Assembly: GCA_011109175.1 (NCBI GenBank)
Contig: RDEW01000023.1
Span: 848,154 to 912,153 of the forward strand
DNA: 64,000 nucleotides
Source of the DNA: Dicyema japonicum
Lineage: Eukaryota; Animalia; Dicyemida
Direction of reading: 5' to 3'
Below the pieces are notes generated by a model. It saw only the letters and a program-made list of their open reading frames with translations, had not been told where the DNA came from and made no database searches. Numbering within the stretch: position 1 is the first letter of the stretch; each line of letters opens with the position of its first letter. The position numbers were made by a program, and so were the translations under genes. Shown here piece after piece: positions 39,431-51,451 of this stretch.

Positions 39431-42400
39431 CCTTGTCAACATCATTGGGGGTGAAGAAAGTGGAATATGGTTTTTAAAATTAAATTATTAACCCCGGCTT
39501 CGCCAGCAAGTGGGAAGCCGGCGACCATCAGAGAGCGTGCAGTCCGGACAGGCCGCTCCCAGAGATCCTCGACTTTTGCATCCGGTGGTCCAGGGCAGGG
39601 AAAAAGGTCCCGAACTACTCTGCCAGCCAGAAAAGGGTGGTGTCCACATCGTAGGCGAGCCAGTCCGATTCTGATCTTCCTCGGGAGCGATTGTTCCGTT
39701 GGACTGATATCAGGGGGGAAGCGCTCCAAGACTTTGTTATATTGAAGTGTCCTAATGGCCCGTGTTGAGATGAAATCATGGATTCGGCGGGTCCAAGTTG
39801 AGTCTTCTTGAGGGGGGGTGATCTTCGACAAGGCTCTTTGTAGGTCAAAGAGGGTCCTGCGTATGTATCTGCGGTTATTGTTACTTAGCAGCGTGAACTG
39901 GGTGATTCGGGTCGAACGACTGCCGTAGGAATTGTAAATTACGCATTTCCAGGTGGTCATAGAGCGGGAGGATTTTCGACTCCCAATGTAAATGGTCGGT
40001 GGGGGTTGACTTTAACAGCCAGTTATTATTCTCAGCGCCGAGTTTTGCACTTTCTGCAGTTCTTGAGAAAGGGACAAGGAGATTGAGGGGGCCCAACTTG
40101 GTGAGGCGTAGTTGAGTGTAGTCCTGATGAACTGTTTGTAGAGAAGAGTTAAGTTTTCTTTTTGCTGACCGTTTGAGTGGCCAGCTACTGCCCGTAATAT
40201 GTTAAGTTTCCGCTTGGCTTTTGTCATTACTTCCTCCACTTGTCTGTTGAAACAGAGTGAAGGATCGAAGACAACTCCAAGGATCTTCGGGTATTTATTT
40301 AAGGGGAGTGGTTCGTCCAACGAGAGTGTGGGGTTTAGGTTGAATTGTCTTCGATCGGTTGTGAACAGGGTAGCTGATGACTTCGAGGTGGAAACACTCA
40401 TCCAGTTTAAGTTCATCCAGTCGGATAGCAAGTTCAGGTGGTACTGCACTTTTTCGGTGGCCAGTCGAACATCGCCACTCCTGGATGCGATTACTAGATC
40501 ATCGGCATATGTCAATAGTAACGTATTTTGGGTTGTTGGGATGTCTTTGACGTAAAGGTTGAAAAGTGAGGGTGAAAGGACTGATCCCTGGGGAACACCG
40601 TTTGGTAGGAGTCGATATCTTGATAGATTTGAATATAGACACGTATGACCCAGTCTTCCCGAGAGGAAATTTGTGAGCCATGACTTCCATACAGAGGGAA
40701 TATTTGAAGAATAGATCTTGTTGCAGAGGACCACACGGGAGATTCTGTCGAAAGCTTTAGTTAGGTCAATAGAGGCCAAGACAGTTCGTTCCGGGGGTTT
40801 GCAGTTGTTGAAACCGTTGGAGATGTATTGGGTTAGTGTCAGTAAGTGCGTGGTGGTCGAGTGTAAAGGACGGAAACCATGTTGTGAGTCGGAGAGGTCG
40901 AGGTAGGGGGTGATTTCGTTAAGAATGATCCTTTCGAGGATTTTTGAGACAACAGATGTTAAGGAAATTGGCCTGAACGAAGAGGGCAAGGAGGAGGCTT
41001 TGTTGTTCTTGAGTATTGGGATAATGTTCGACTTCTTCCATAACATCGGGATGAAACACCTGTTGATGGAGAATTCGTAGATATCTTTAAGTGCCAAGAG
41101 CCCGTTTGGACCGAGGTGCTTTAGGTGGAATATGCTGATCCGATCGGGTCCCGTGGCTGGTGAGTTTCTTGAGTTTGTAATGAGGTTTTGAACATGACTT
41201 ACTGATACTTCGAATCGTGCCTTTGTTACCCTTGGGGGTTTAGTAATATGAGGTCGATTTTCTTTATTCATTGGAATATGACTCATTTTGCAATAGTGAG
41301 TCATCAAGTCATTTGCCTGGCAGTGGAAATCTTTCGTTTGGTTGTCCTTTCCAAGTCTACCTCCATGGGTTGTGCTCGATTCGGTTTGATTTGATTGTAT
41401 TTCTCTGATAAATCTCCAGAAACTTTGGGGTTTTGATTTTGGATTCAATCGAGAGACGAAAGTGGACCACTTCTCCTTTTTGAGCTCCGTAATGAGGTGG
41501 GTTATCTTCTTGTTTAGGGAAGAAATTTCATCTTGGAGTTGCTGGTTGGTTGTTCGGGAACGTTTTAGGCGTCTTCTCTCACAGATGAGATCCAATATTT
41601 CTTTGTTGAAAAATAGTTTGTAATCATGGATGAATCCTTTAGGGACGTGCTTTCTATCCGCCGAAAGGATGGCTGAGTTGAAATGTGCAATGGCTTTGTC
41701 TGGAGAGGTAAAATTTTCACAGAGAAGTTTTCCAGCGACGTTTCGACGTCAACCGTGAAGTCGATCCATCTCGCCCTTTTGTAGTTCACATAGGTTCGCC
41801 TCGACATAGTTCGTCCGAAATGCAAGAAGATGTCGATCAGAATAGGGTTATGATCTGAGGGTAAGTCATATCTGACATCCCAGTAGATCGATTTTGCAAG
41901 GGGAGCTGAGCATATGGAGAGGTCGGGAGACGTGTTAGGATCCCCAGGGCGTGTTCCACATCTCGTGTGTTGGCGGGGGTTATTAATATCACTAGGTGTT
42001 CCAGTTCAGAGATCACTTGTTTCCCTCTGTGGTCCGAATTCTGGTTTCGGAACCATAGTGGATCTTTAGCGTTTAGATCGCCGCAAATAACTATGTTTTC
42101 GTATAGTTGAAGGAATTCTAGGTTTGGTCGGTAACTCTTCTGGCAGCAAGACGAAGGGGGAATGTAGATATTCAGAATTGTGTAAGGAGTTGACATAATA
42201 TTGATGGTGATGGATAGCAATTCCATATGTTTATCAGAAGCCGCTGTCAATGTGTGGTCAGTGGTATCCGTGAATGGGATGGAGTTGTGAATGAGGGTGA
42301 CCAGGCCACCACCGTGAGATCCATTTGATCGCTCAGAACGGAGCAAAGAGTAGTTTTTGAATTTTGGTGTTTGGGAGAAGGCAGACAAACGTGACTCCTG

Positions 42401-42508
42401 TAGAAGGGCAATGTCAATGCGGTGTTTAACAAAGTACTCAGCCAATTCGGTATGTTTCGAGGTGATTCCATTGGTGTTAAGTTGTAAGATTCTGATGGGT
42501 CTATTCTG

Positions 42509-42538
42509 CGGCCCTGGGTTTAGTTCAATGTCACCGGA
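42509..42538 (-). other. 2A-like StopGo peptide SGDIELNPGP upstream of the APE domain
   Basis: Exact D(V/I)ExNPG|P consensus preceded by a helical-looking stretch (RARSFRSQESLLT). Confidence 0.85.
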
Positions 42539-42627
42539 TGTCAGGAGGGATTCTTGGGAGCGAAAGCTTCGTGCCCGCTCAATGGTCGCCATCGAGATCT
42601 CCTTGAAGAGAGACGATAGGGAAATAG

Positions 42628-42704
42628 TGTGGTTCTTTTTCATGTGTGCTGTGTAGGGCACAGGCACAACCAAATGACACCTCTTGTGAGCCACAACGTC
42701 ATAC
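42628..42704 (-). ncRNA. 5' pseudoknot of the Vingi-like LINE, HDV-like helix order, candidate ribozyme or translation element
   Basis: GTATGAC/GTCATTT, TGTGGCTC/GAACCACA, GTGC..GCAC hairpin. Same helix order with different pairing sequences in family A. Catalytic core is not canonical. Confidence 0.45.
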
Positions 42705-42826
42705 AAGGGGAAGTGGTTTTTGTTATAAACCAATAATCAAATTAACAAAAATATAAAGTTCAAATTAAATTATTATTTAAAATAGTAATTTAAATTTGCT
42801 GACTTCGTGATGGGTAATAAAATCAG

Positions 42827-43254
42827 AACGATAAATCTGAACTCACAACTCTCCTCAAAAACGCAATGAAATTGCAGTATAAAATGAAATCTTTACTAAA
42901 GCAATCCTTAGTGTCCCTGGAAAAGCAAATATACGCATTTGAAGGCAGCTATCTAGAGGAAACCTTCAAATACGGGAATATCGTCACTGGCTGGGATGAC
43001 TATCTTCTAACAGGTAAGTTTTTCCCACATATCTAGCAGAATTCAATCTCCTGACCAGAAGCCGAAGAGAGTGAAGGAGAGTGATCGAATATTTTCTAAT
43101 TCCTCAACTACATACAAACAGGTTGCTATTTCGATGATTTTAGATCGTTGGAAGGGATCTCTCAAATGTGTGCACTGAAGATGAGGGGGAAACTGAAGAT
43201 GTCAAAAGTGATAGAGAGGATGCCTTTGTGTATTCTTTCGACAAGCTTCGTTAA
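42827..43254 (+). CDS. EAF6: Chromatin modification protein EAF6/MEAF6 (NuA4/MOZ subunit)
   Basis: [28 protein letters not shown]...[11 protein letters not shown]; 22-nt introns. 5' start not resolved. Confidence 0.85.
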
Positions 43255-43329
43255 CTTCCCCCTCCCCTTCTCTGGATAAATCCAGGAAGCGTCCATCAAC
43301 TATTAGAAACTGATTTTGATTTTTAATCT

Positions 43330-43480
43330 TTTTATTTTCACTTTGTGTATGGCCATTCCGATCTTTTGTTGCAGCCATAACCCTTCTCGTTGATCCCTTT
43401 TTTTCTGGCAAGCTTTCCTCCGAGTTCGCGCAAGAATTCAGCCGTCATTGGAGCAACGGCTCCCGATGACTTTGTGTATA
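43330..43480 (-). mobile_element. CRE-clade 3' fragment
   Basis: Near copy of about 21930-22030. Confidence 0.7.
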
Positions 43481-43659
43481 AATTAGTTTATTCACACTTT
43501 GACTGGCACCATACATCTTTGCTGTCTTCAATCGACTCAGGAGATATCGAATATAAGAATTTCACAAATTTTGTTGAAAGATGAAGGAGCGTGGAAAAGT
43601 CTGTTCTGAGGAAGAAATTATTATTTTTTAATTCTCGAACATTCTAGAAATAATTTAGA

Positions 43660-44110
43660 ATGATATCGCTACCTCCGATGAATGATTTGGTGAGGTGCGA
43701 TTTATTATATTACGGAAGATGATCCTCCTCAAGATATCAATGATATTGTCTATGCTTCTCAGTGTGCATATTTGGCTTTAAATATGAAAGTAAGGACTGA
43801 GAGCATTTGCTAGAAAATGTGGAGAAGAAAATTTCAAAGTTATCATCTCAATTGGAACTTGTTAATGGCTATTTCATACAAGCTCTGCCTGTTTCGGAAA
43901 AGCAAAAAGTGATTGATGGTCTTGTTGTTATGGATACAGAAAGTCTAAAAAAGGTGAGTTGACAAGGATTAATGCTTTATTAAATAACTTGATCAGAATT
44001 AAGAATAACTGTACATTTTTTGAGGATGGACTTACATGAGACATTTTTATTAAGAAAATTGAATATTTACATGGTTTTTATGCACTGAGATTAATCGAAT
44101 GCCAAGAAGT
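43660..44110 (+). mobile_element. R4/Dong-like N-terminal fragment
   Basis: DINDIVYASQCAY, similar to DIIYAAQCVYE at about 9560. Confidence 0.5.
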
Positions 44111-44384
44111 TGGTTTTATACAGGAATAACCTATTTAATCCCTAAAAAGATGAATTTGAGACTTCAAGGGATTTACATCTTATAACGTGTATGCCGATAT
44201 TACATAAACTTGCTACCAAATTTGTTAATGCCAAACTTTTAGATTTTGTGGATTCGTTTGGGTTAATATCTAAAATCAGCTGGAGACGAAAAACATTACA
44301 GGGAGTTAAAGAACATACCCTTATAATCAATGCTTAAATAAGGAGTATGGAAACGCCCTTTATTCTCATGAGTTAATGTGAAGA

Positions 44385-47110
44385 AGACCTTTGATTCTTA
44401 ACAGATAACATAATTTATTCGCAAAACCCCAACTAAATAAACAAGGTAAGAGCCATTAACTAAAGAGGAAAGCCAAGATTTGGGGTCGTCTATATCGGGG
44501 CACTTTCATGAGACACCGTATGTCTCTTCTCCGTAAAAAGCCCCAATTACAATGCGAGTTTCACAAGCAATGTAATAAATCACCGATTCTTCTCGTTTTT
44601 CTTTCGTGTTCGTCATCAAATTCAGATGGTAAATCCAATCCATGTGCGAGTTTAATTGCATAGTTTCGACTGAAGTTAAAACTTTAACTTTCCAGACTTC
44701 ATCCATTTTACAAGGCATTTTCTGGCTTGATTGGTTGTTACACAACCATAGTCAGTATGTTTAGCGTTCATGTCCCCAACAAGGATTGGATATTCATTGT
44801 TTTCCATAAATTTGTCAACAGTCCATGGATACTCTCGTAGTTTTTTAGAATAGATTCCTCCGATAGTTATCCATCCCATGGTTGTTTGTAGTTGAATGCT
44901 TGCTAGTTCACTAAGATTTTCTTCATTGATCGTGGGTAGTCTTGTATTTAAAGAAGTTTTGTAGTAAATTAAAGTTCCTGTTCCAGCACAAGAACCAGTC
45001 TTACAAAAAAATATCTAATGAGTCGTATCCATCAATTTTAAATGGTCTTTTCTTCAATTTAGTTTTGTTTATAATTAGAATATCCATCTGGATCGTGCTG
45101 GCTATAGCAACCAGCACTGAGGCCCGTTTCCAAAGAGAACAGGCATTAATCAGGGTTATCTGACTACTTCTGGTTTTTTCGGTGGCTGCCCTCTTTTCTT
45201 AAGAGAGGCACTCTCTTCTCTGTGTTGAAGCTTCTACTGTTTCTTTTTTAGAAGGTTTCTTATTATATGTCTATTCCAGCCAGTTTTAATTTCTTATTCG
45301 TTCCAATTTTGGAAACTTCACTTTCTCCATTATGGGCAATTTCTCGTTTTAGAGATAATTTTCCATTCGATTCTTGCTTTCCTTTTGGTCAATTTTGTTT
45401 TTCTTCGCTATGTTAGCTTCAACAGCCTTGGAACATCTTCCATATTGGCAAAGTGGCTGGATGAACCGCAATTCAAACGACTTATTATTGTTTGTAACCG
45501 GACACTGCGATCTTCTATGTGGACCAGAACAAACAAGGCATCTTTCAACATATCTCCATTAGGCCTGCAGATGTTTATCAACCTCGTAGTATATTCCTTC
45601 GTCTTGTAGCATCAGTGGCACCACTTACTCACCAGTGGACTTTGATTCTTAAGATAACAGATAACATGATTTATTCGCAAAACCCCAACTAACTAAACAA
45701 GGTAAGAGCCATTAACTAAAGAGGAAAGCCAAGATTTGGGGTCGTCTATATCGGGGCACTCTCATGAGACACCGTATGTCTCTTCTCCGTAAAAAGCCCC
45801 AATTACAATGCGAGTTTCCACAAGCAATGTAATAAATCACCGATTCTTCTCGTTTTTCTTTCGTATTCGTCATCAATTTCAGATGCTAAATCCAATCCAT
45901 GTGCGAGTTTAATTGCATACCTTCTTGTCTTTTCTAATTTAGTTAGTAGGACTGATTCCTCCTCTGTTTTAAACCAACCTTGATATCCATATATTAGGAA
46001 AGGTTCAATACACGTTTTGTAGACAAACATAAAAGTATCTGGAGACAAATGAAAGCGGAGTAGGGACTTGAGCATTCCCGTAGCTTTCTCTCTTCGTATT
46101 TTGATGTGCTCTTTAAACGATCCTTTTTTGTTAATGCATACTCCAAGGTATATCAGGTTTTCCGAGAACTTAACATTCCCTGTATCAACATATTGATTCT
46201 TCCTATTTCTCGCTATCCAGGTTACAGAACTTTTTTCTCTTGATAATGTCAATCCATTATTCCGACACCAATCTTCGATTTTCGACATATGAGCTAATGT
46301 TCTTTTCCATGATATTGATTTATTTATACTAGTGTCCAAAATTAGAATGTCGTCTGCGTAAATTATCATTTTGGTATTGATGTGTCCGGTTTTGGCACCT
46401 CGCTCATTATACAGTTAAAGAGGAGGGGACTCAAAATTGAACCTTGTGGAACACCTCTACTTAGTTTTATCTTTTTAGAGAGCATATTTCCCACACGAAT
46501 ATAAGACTCTCTTCCCATAAGGAAGTCTCTAATCCACATGAGCGCCGACTTTCCAATGTTCGCTTTTGACAATGTCTCGAGAAGTCCCTCATGCCAGACA
46601 CTGTCAAAAGCCTTGGATATGTCCAAACACGTTGCAGTAAGGTATTCTTTCTTACTTATAGATTCTTGAATTGACTTCCTAAGTTCTCGGATGCAGTCTT
46701 CAGTTCCTCTATTTTTACGGAACCCCCACTGATTGTTTGCAAGAAAATTGTTTTCCTCAACCACTTTTGATAATCTATTGAAGACAATTTTCTCCATAAT
46801 TTTTGAAGTTGAACAAATAAGACTAATTGGTCTATAATTTTCTGGATTAGATCTTGATTTTCCTTTCTTTCCAATCATCCGAACAATCGACTTTTTCCAG
46901 GTCGATGGAACGTGAGCAAGTTTCCACGAGGCATTATAAAGCATGGTTAATGCATCAATTAACATAGCATTTGCATTCTTGAATATTTTCATTGGGATAA
47001 AATCCCATCCAGGGGTTTTGTTCTTGCAGCTACAAATCGCAATTTTTACTTCTTCAGGGGAAATAGGGTACACATAGGACCCTTCATTGACACCATCCTA
47101 TCATAGTGAT
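44385..47110 (-). mobile_element. Jockey/I-group LINE: RT-to-3' UTR unit (45640-47110) followed by an internally deleted unit (44385-45560)
   Basis: TPGWDFI, NYRPISL, QWGFR, LDISKAFDSVWH, GVPQGSILSP, YADD. APE GDMNAKH at 44676-44879. The ~260-bp 3' end is duplicated at 44385-44670 and 45640-45915. Confidence 0.8.
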
Positions 47111-48253
47111 GATTATTGCTTTTGATTCTTTTGATCATTCCTAGCATTAAATGAGTATGCTGATTTGCTACTAAACAATATAAAAATCCTTTAGTTTAAT
47201 GCATATTCTGCCTTGGTAAAAGTAGCTATTTCACTAATAACATAAATCCTACCAAAAGATCAAAATTTTAAAACCGACAATATTAATGAGTATTTGATTT
47301 TATTATAGAGTTTAGTTTTGTTAATTTATTAACACTTACAATTTTTTGATTTTATAGGTAAAAAAATGTTATTTTTGCAAATTTAAAAAAAATTAATTAA
47401 AATATTAGTTTTCTAACCAAAAAAATGTAGGCTATACAGAAGCCGCCTTGGTGGCTATTCCCTATCGAGACTAGAAGTATGAGCAGGAAGTCTATCATTT
47501 TCTTAAGAAACTGGGACGCCTGGTTACACATGGAAACGAGGACGTCGCAACAAGTGGCCCATGCGTATGTGTGGGGCATGTGACATAATACATCATCTTG
47601 ATGATAAAAAGTGGACAACACATGTGTATGAGCACAAATAAAATCATAAAAACTAAACTGTGTGACATAGATAATATATAAAAAAATAACAAGACTATGA
47701 ATTTAGATGAAGTTCTTATTGCTAATTTTGTTTGTAATCCAAAATATAATTAGTTCTCAAATTGATGTTAATTTTTGTTATATTCAAGTTGTCCGACGAA
47801 AACGAGGACCAACATGAATTAGAAAAAAAAGGTTGTGACAACATACTATTTAAGGATTCAGATTTTTTAAGAATCTTTTCAGGAGGAAAAAACCTTCGAG
47901 AAGACTAAGATCAAAACCACGGCTTCTAAGGAGGAGGACCAAAAAAAAATTATTAACAGAAGACAGTTCTTCAGATCGAACAATGTTTTATAATATTATG
48001 AAGGACCTTGGAGTTCAACTAATTAAAGAAATTGGAATTCCTGCAATAGCGAGTCAAGTCATTCCATCAACAAGCGGTGAGGTTTATAACACGGGGGACA
48101 ATTATGGTGGGTCAAATGCAGAGATGAGTGGGGGCTCAGAATAACATTGACTAACGTACTAATAATTAACGTTACTTAGTAAGAACGTTCGAGAATTAAT
48201 AATCTAAATAATAATTGACTTGTTCCTTTTCAAAGTCGACTAGTTAAGTTCCT

Positions 48254-48562
48254 GCTGGGTGGCATAGTGGTTAGTGTCGGGCTAGGTTACGGGTTCAATT
48301 CTCGCTGCTGTTCACCTGATGGAAGGTTCCACGCATCTACGATGCCAAAAAGTTTGACGAGTGACGCCGTCATCAGTGGATACACACTGCGGAACTAGAT
48401 TGTCTAGAAAGGACCCACACACAAGAAAAAGAAAAAAGAAGTGATCATTCCTTGGTTCTACGATTAGTTAAAATTAACTGTTCTTTGCTTAAATAAAGTG
48501 TGTGTCCTGCCTATGCGGAGCTATAAATATTATGGTTCTCCTGAAAAGGCTGTTATTATTAT
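48254..48562 (+). mobile_element. tRNA-derived SINE
   Basis: A/B boxes and TTA tail; 13-bp TSD TAGTTAAGTTCCT (48241-48253 / 48563-48575). Confidence 0.9.
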
Positions 48563-48789
48563 TAGTTAAGTTCCTAAAAATATTTATGACACGAAATTCG
48601 AACACAGAGCATATTGTATCTGAAACTTCACTTTGGTATATTACACTATCTCCTGGGTCGATCATTTCGTATATTCGCAACAAAAGTAAAACGAGAGGTC
48701 ACATTAAACTTGAGTGGGAGATATTTCATGTGTCAATACCTCAACCATCGACTGTCCAACTCTATGCATGCTACGGTTGCTTCCAATTT

Positions 48790-48965
48790 ACGAAGAGCCG
48801 TATTAGCTATAGCTTCTCTTAAACAAGACACACATTTTATTTAAATAAAAAACAATTATCATAATAAATCGATAGGGAAAACCAAGGAATGCTCTGCTTT
48901 TGTAGACAATCCAGTTCGGCAGTAAATATGTTCACAGATGAGACAAACCATCTCACTATTATTGC
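48790..48965 (-). mobile_element. Degenerate inverted SINE fragment
   Basis: Reverse-complement similarity to the SINE body (TAGACAATCCAGTTC) and 3' part (GACACACA..TTATTTAA). Confidence 0.55.
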
Positions 48966-49029
48966 GTTAATATTTTGTTTCAATAATTAAAACTATTAAC
49001 AAATATATTGGCCGGAAAAGTCTCCAATT

Positions 49030-49430
49030 TACTATTTAATATGGAAGACAGGTACCTTGATAAACATTTACAAACAATACATCGAACCATGCTTCTCGTA
49101 CGCGTGTGCTTCCTGGGGACCTTCATTATCATGGACGAACATTAAGAAAATCGAGGACGTTCAAAAGAAGGCATTCAGAATCACGGAGCGGTGGTCTTGT
49201 GGGAGACACAGAACCGGACCGACTACTCTGGAGGCCCTCATTAAACAAAACTCCAGCATGCAAGAAATTGGCCCTGCAAATACAGTCAGCCGCCCAGTAA
49301 GAGCTTGTGTGGGTACGAGAGAAGAGCACCGGGAAAAAATGAGGATTTTGGCGGAACGCATCGAAATCACGTGATAGTTAATTTTGGTTTTACCGTGGTC
49401 TTGGGTGTTAAATAAAATAAAAATAAATAG
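49030..49430 (+). mobile_element. Family B LINE 3' fragment
   Basis: YKQYIEPCFSYACASWGP...RPVRACVGTREEHREKMRILAERIEIT*, then AAAT-rich tail. Confidence 0.8.
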
Positions 49431-50004
49431 ATCAAACTAGTGATTTTTTAAATAAAAAAAGAAAACGATCGTCAATCATAGAAAGATTCAATTAAAAAAA
49501 TTTAATTGATCTACATCTCGAAAATTGAGCTAAATTCTTTATGCATCGTTTTTCCCCACCCATCCTAGTTTTTGTAGTCAGGCGGTATCCAGCTACAATA
49601 AATTCAAAAAATACTGGAAGGTATCCTCTACAATGCCTCTGGAATTCTAATCCATATAAACCGAAAAGAGTGATAGTGCGACATCGAACATTCAGTTATG
49701 AGCCTTGTTGTTAGCTAAAAGTAGGAGTATTAGACCAAGTTAAGAACTCTGTTGGAGCATGCCGGGATCAATTGAGTAGTAGAGTTTAGAGACGCTCAAA
49801 GCATTTAGGATTACACAATGGCGATTATGAATCGGTTTTCCTAAGATTTTTGCAACAAAAATCATGTTAAAAAAGTAATCAATTTTTTCTTAGGCATCCA
49901 CGAACGTTCGTTTATCATATCAAAATAAAAAAAATCTATATATATAAAGTTTGCTATTCAAGTCTCATTTGAAAATTACTATGTGCATGTTTAATATTAT
50001 TATT

Positions 50005-50280
50005 ATTACCCTCAGGATCACTGGGTCAAAGAGAAAGAAATAAAAGTTATCATCTAACTAAGTGATCCCAGACCGACAAAAAAGGACGAGTCCGACGGGG
50101 TCGATAATCCTGAACAGCTCTTCTAATTGGACATGACATCGGCTCAAAATTTCTGTATGATTGTAGATAATTCGATAGTGTATGGAATAGAGGGCAGCTC
50201 GGTAAAATAGCCTCCTTTAAGAGCTTCCGTTGTAATTCGATTAAAAGTGGAGACAATAAAAACATTTATCAGATCGCATT
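50005..50280 (-). mobile_element. Family B-related LINE 3' fragment
   Basis: YRPRRTRPFLSV then GGGATCACTTAG terminus and TAA tail. Confidence 0.55.
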
Positions 50281-51139
50281 TTATTTGTAAATTTTTTTTA
50301 AAGAATGTAAATTTTTTAGAAAAAATATTATATTTTATCTAAAGGTATTATATATTTATCAAATTGGAAAAATATAATTTTATTAAAACTTGTCTGTCTA
50401 GCATTGTTTGTTGTGAATGCTATACTCGCATTACTTTTAATGAAAAAACTCAATGTTAATTATAAAGAAATGATGTTATTTCGTACCATCAATTCGCTGA
50501 TAGATTATCACACTGTTTCAAAAATAATAAATAATCTTTTACAGAGGAAAGACAATATTTTGAAAGATTCTAAAAAATAGCAACCGGTTTTATAGTCAAA
50601 CAGTTTCCAAAGCTTGAAGAGAAGCCCGCGAAAGGGTAGATAGCACTATTGATTAGTCTGTTGACTAAACTTGTAGTAGATCGGATTATGTTCGATCCCG
50701 CCACCGCTTTGCTTGCTAAGATGAGACTTTAATAATCATCAATCCTGCCGCCGCTGGAGCTGCAGAAGGATCGAATTTTATTGACAACAGACTTTTCTGA
50801 GATACCAGGAACTGGATGAATGCAAGGTAGAACAACATCAATTTAATCTATTGGCATCGGTGAGCGTTTCTTAGCGATTGTGGGCAAGGTTGAGGCCGAA
50901 TATGATGCAATAGTTCCATTTGACTAAACCACCCTAAAAGATGTAAATATCCCTTTCGATTAGTTTTTGTCCAATTCTTCTATGTAGATAATTGCTTATG
51001 GTTGACTCCATACTATTCTCAAGTCATATTAAAGAGATACCGCGAAAAAGAGATTATAATTCGGAAGAAGAGATTATAAATGTCCGCCTCCGGTCAGATA
51101 AATTTTTCCATTTTCTAAAAAGCCTGCAGTTCCTGTTTA

Positions 51140-51451
51140 GCCGGGTGGCTTAGTGGTTAGGTGTCGAGCTTAAGTGGCTTAGGCTACGGGTTCGAATCTC
51201 GCTGCTGTTCACCTGGTGGAAGGTTCCACGCATCTACTATGCGGAAAGGGTTTGACGAGTGACGCCGTCATCAGTGAATACTCACTGCGGAACTGGATTG
51301 TCTAGAAAGGACACTCACACAAGAAAAAGAAAAAAGAAGTGAAGATCATTCTTGGTTCTAAGAAGTGATCTTTACTTAAATAAAGTGTGTGTCCTGCCTA
51401 TGCGGAGCTAATACCACGGCTCCGTGAAAAAGGCTGTTATTAGTATTATTA
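51140..51451 (+). mobile_element. tRNA-derived SINE
   Basis: TGGCTTAGTGG A-box, GGGTTCGAATC B-box; 10-bp TSD TTCCTGTTTA (51130-51139 / 51452-51461). Confidence 0.9.

Larger units (their letters stand above)
39476..42713 (-). mobile_element. Near full-length Ingi/Vingi-like non-LTR retrotransposon (2A, APE, RT; no RNase H seen)
   Basis: APE ILQLNTNGI, ALLQES, GDLNAK; RT SPATGPDRI, FRPISLTS, QHGFR, IDLTKAFD, GVPQGSVLSP, YADD; C-terminal EDLWERP. TAA-rich tail; candidate 8-bp TSD (TGGTTTTT on + at 39468-39475 and 42714-42721). A few frameshifts. Confidence 0.85.

Noticed and set aside
40199-42656. Plus-strand ORFs (e.g. 40199-40555, 42357-42656) as genes
   Set aside because: Antisense shadows of the LINE ORF; the same applies to most short ORFs overlapping TEs.
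51240-51290. Hammerhead ribozyme on the SINE antisense strand (CTGATGA)
   Set aside because: No GAAA after a stem II and no stem III/UH site can be formed.
51385-51436. Twister, pistol or SECIS identity for the SINE 3' hairpin
   Set aside because: Conserved core residues of these motifs were not found.
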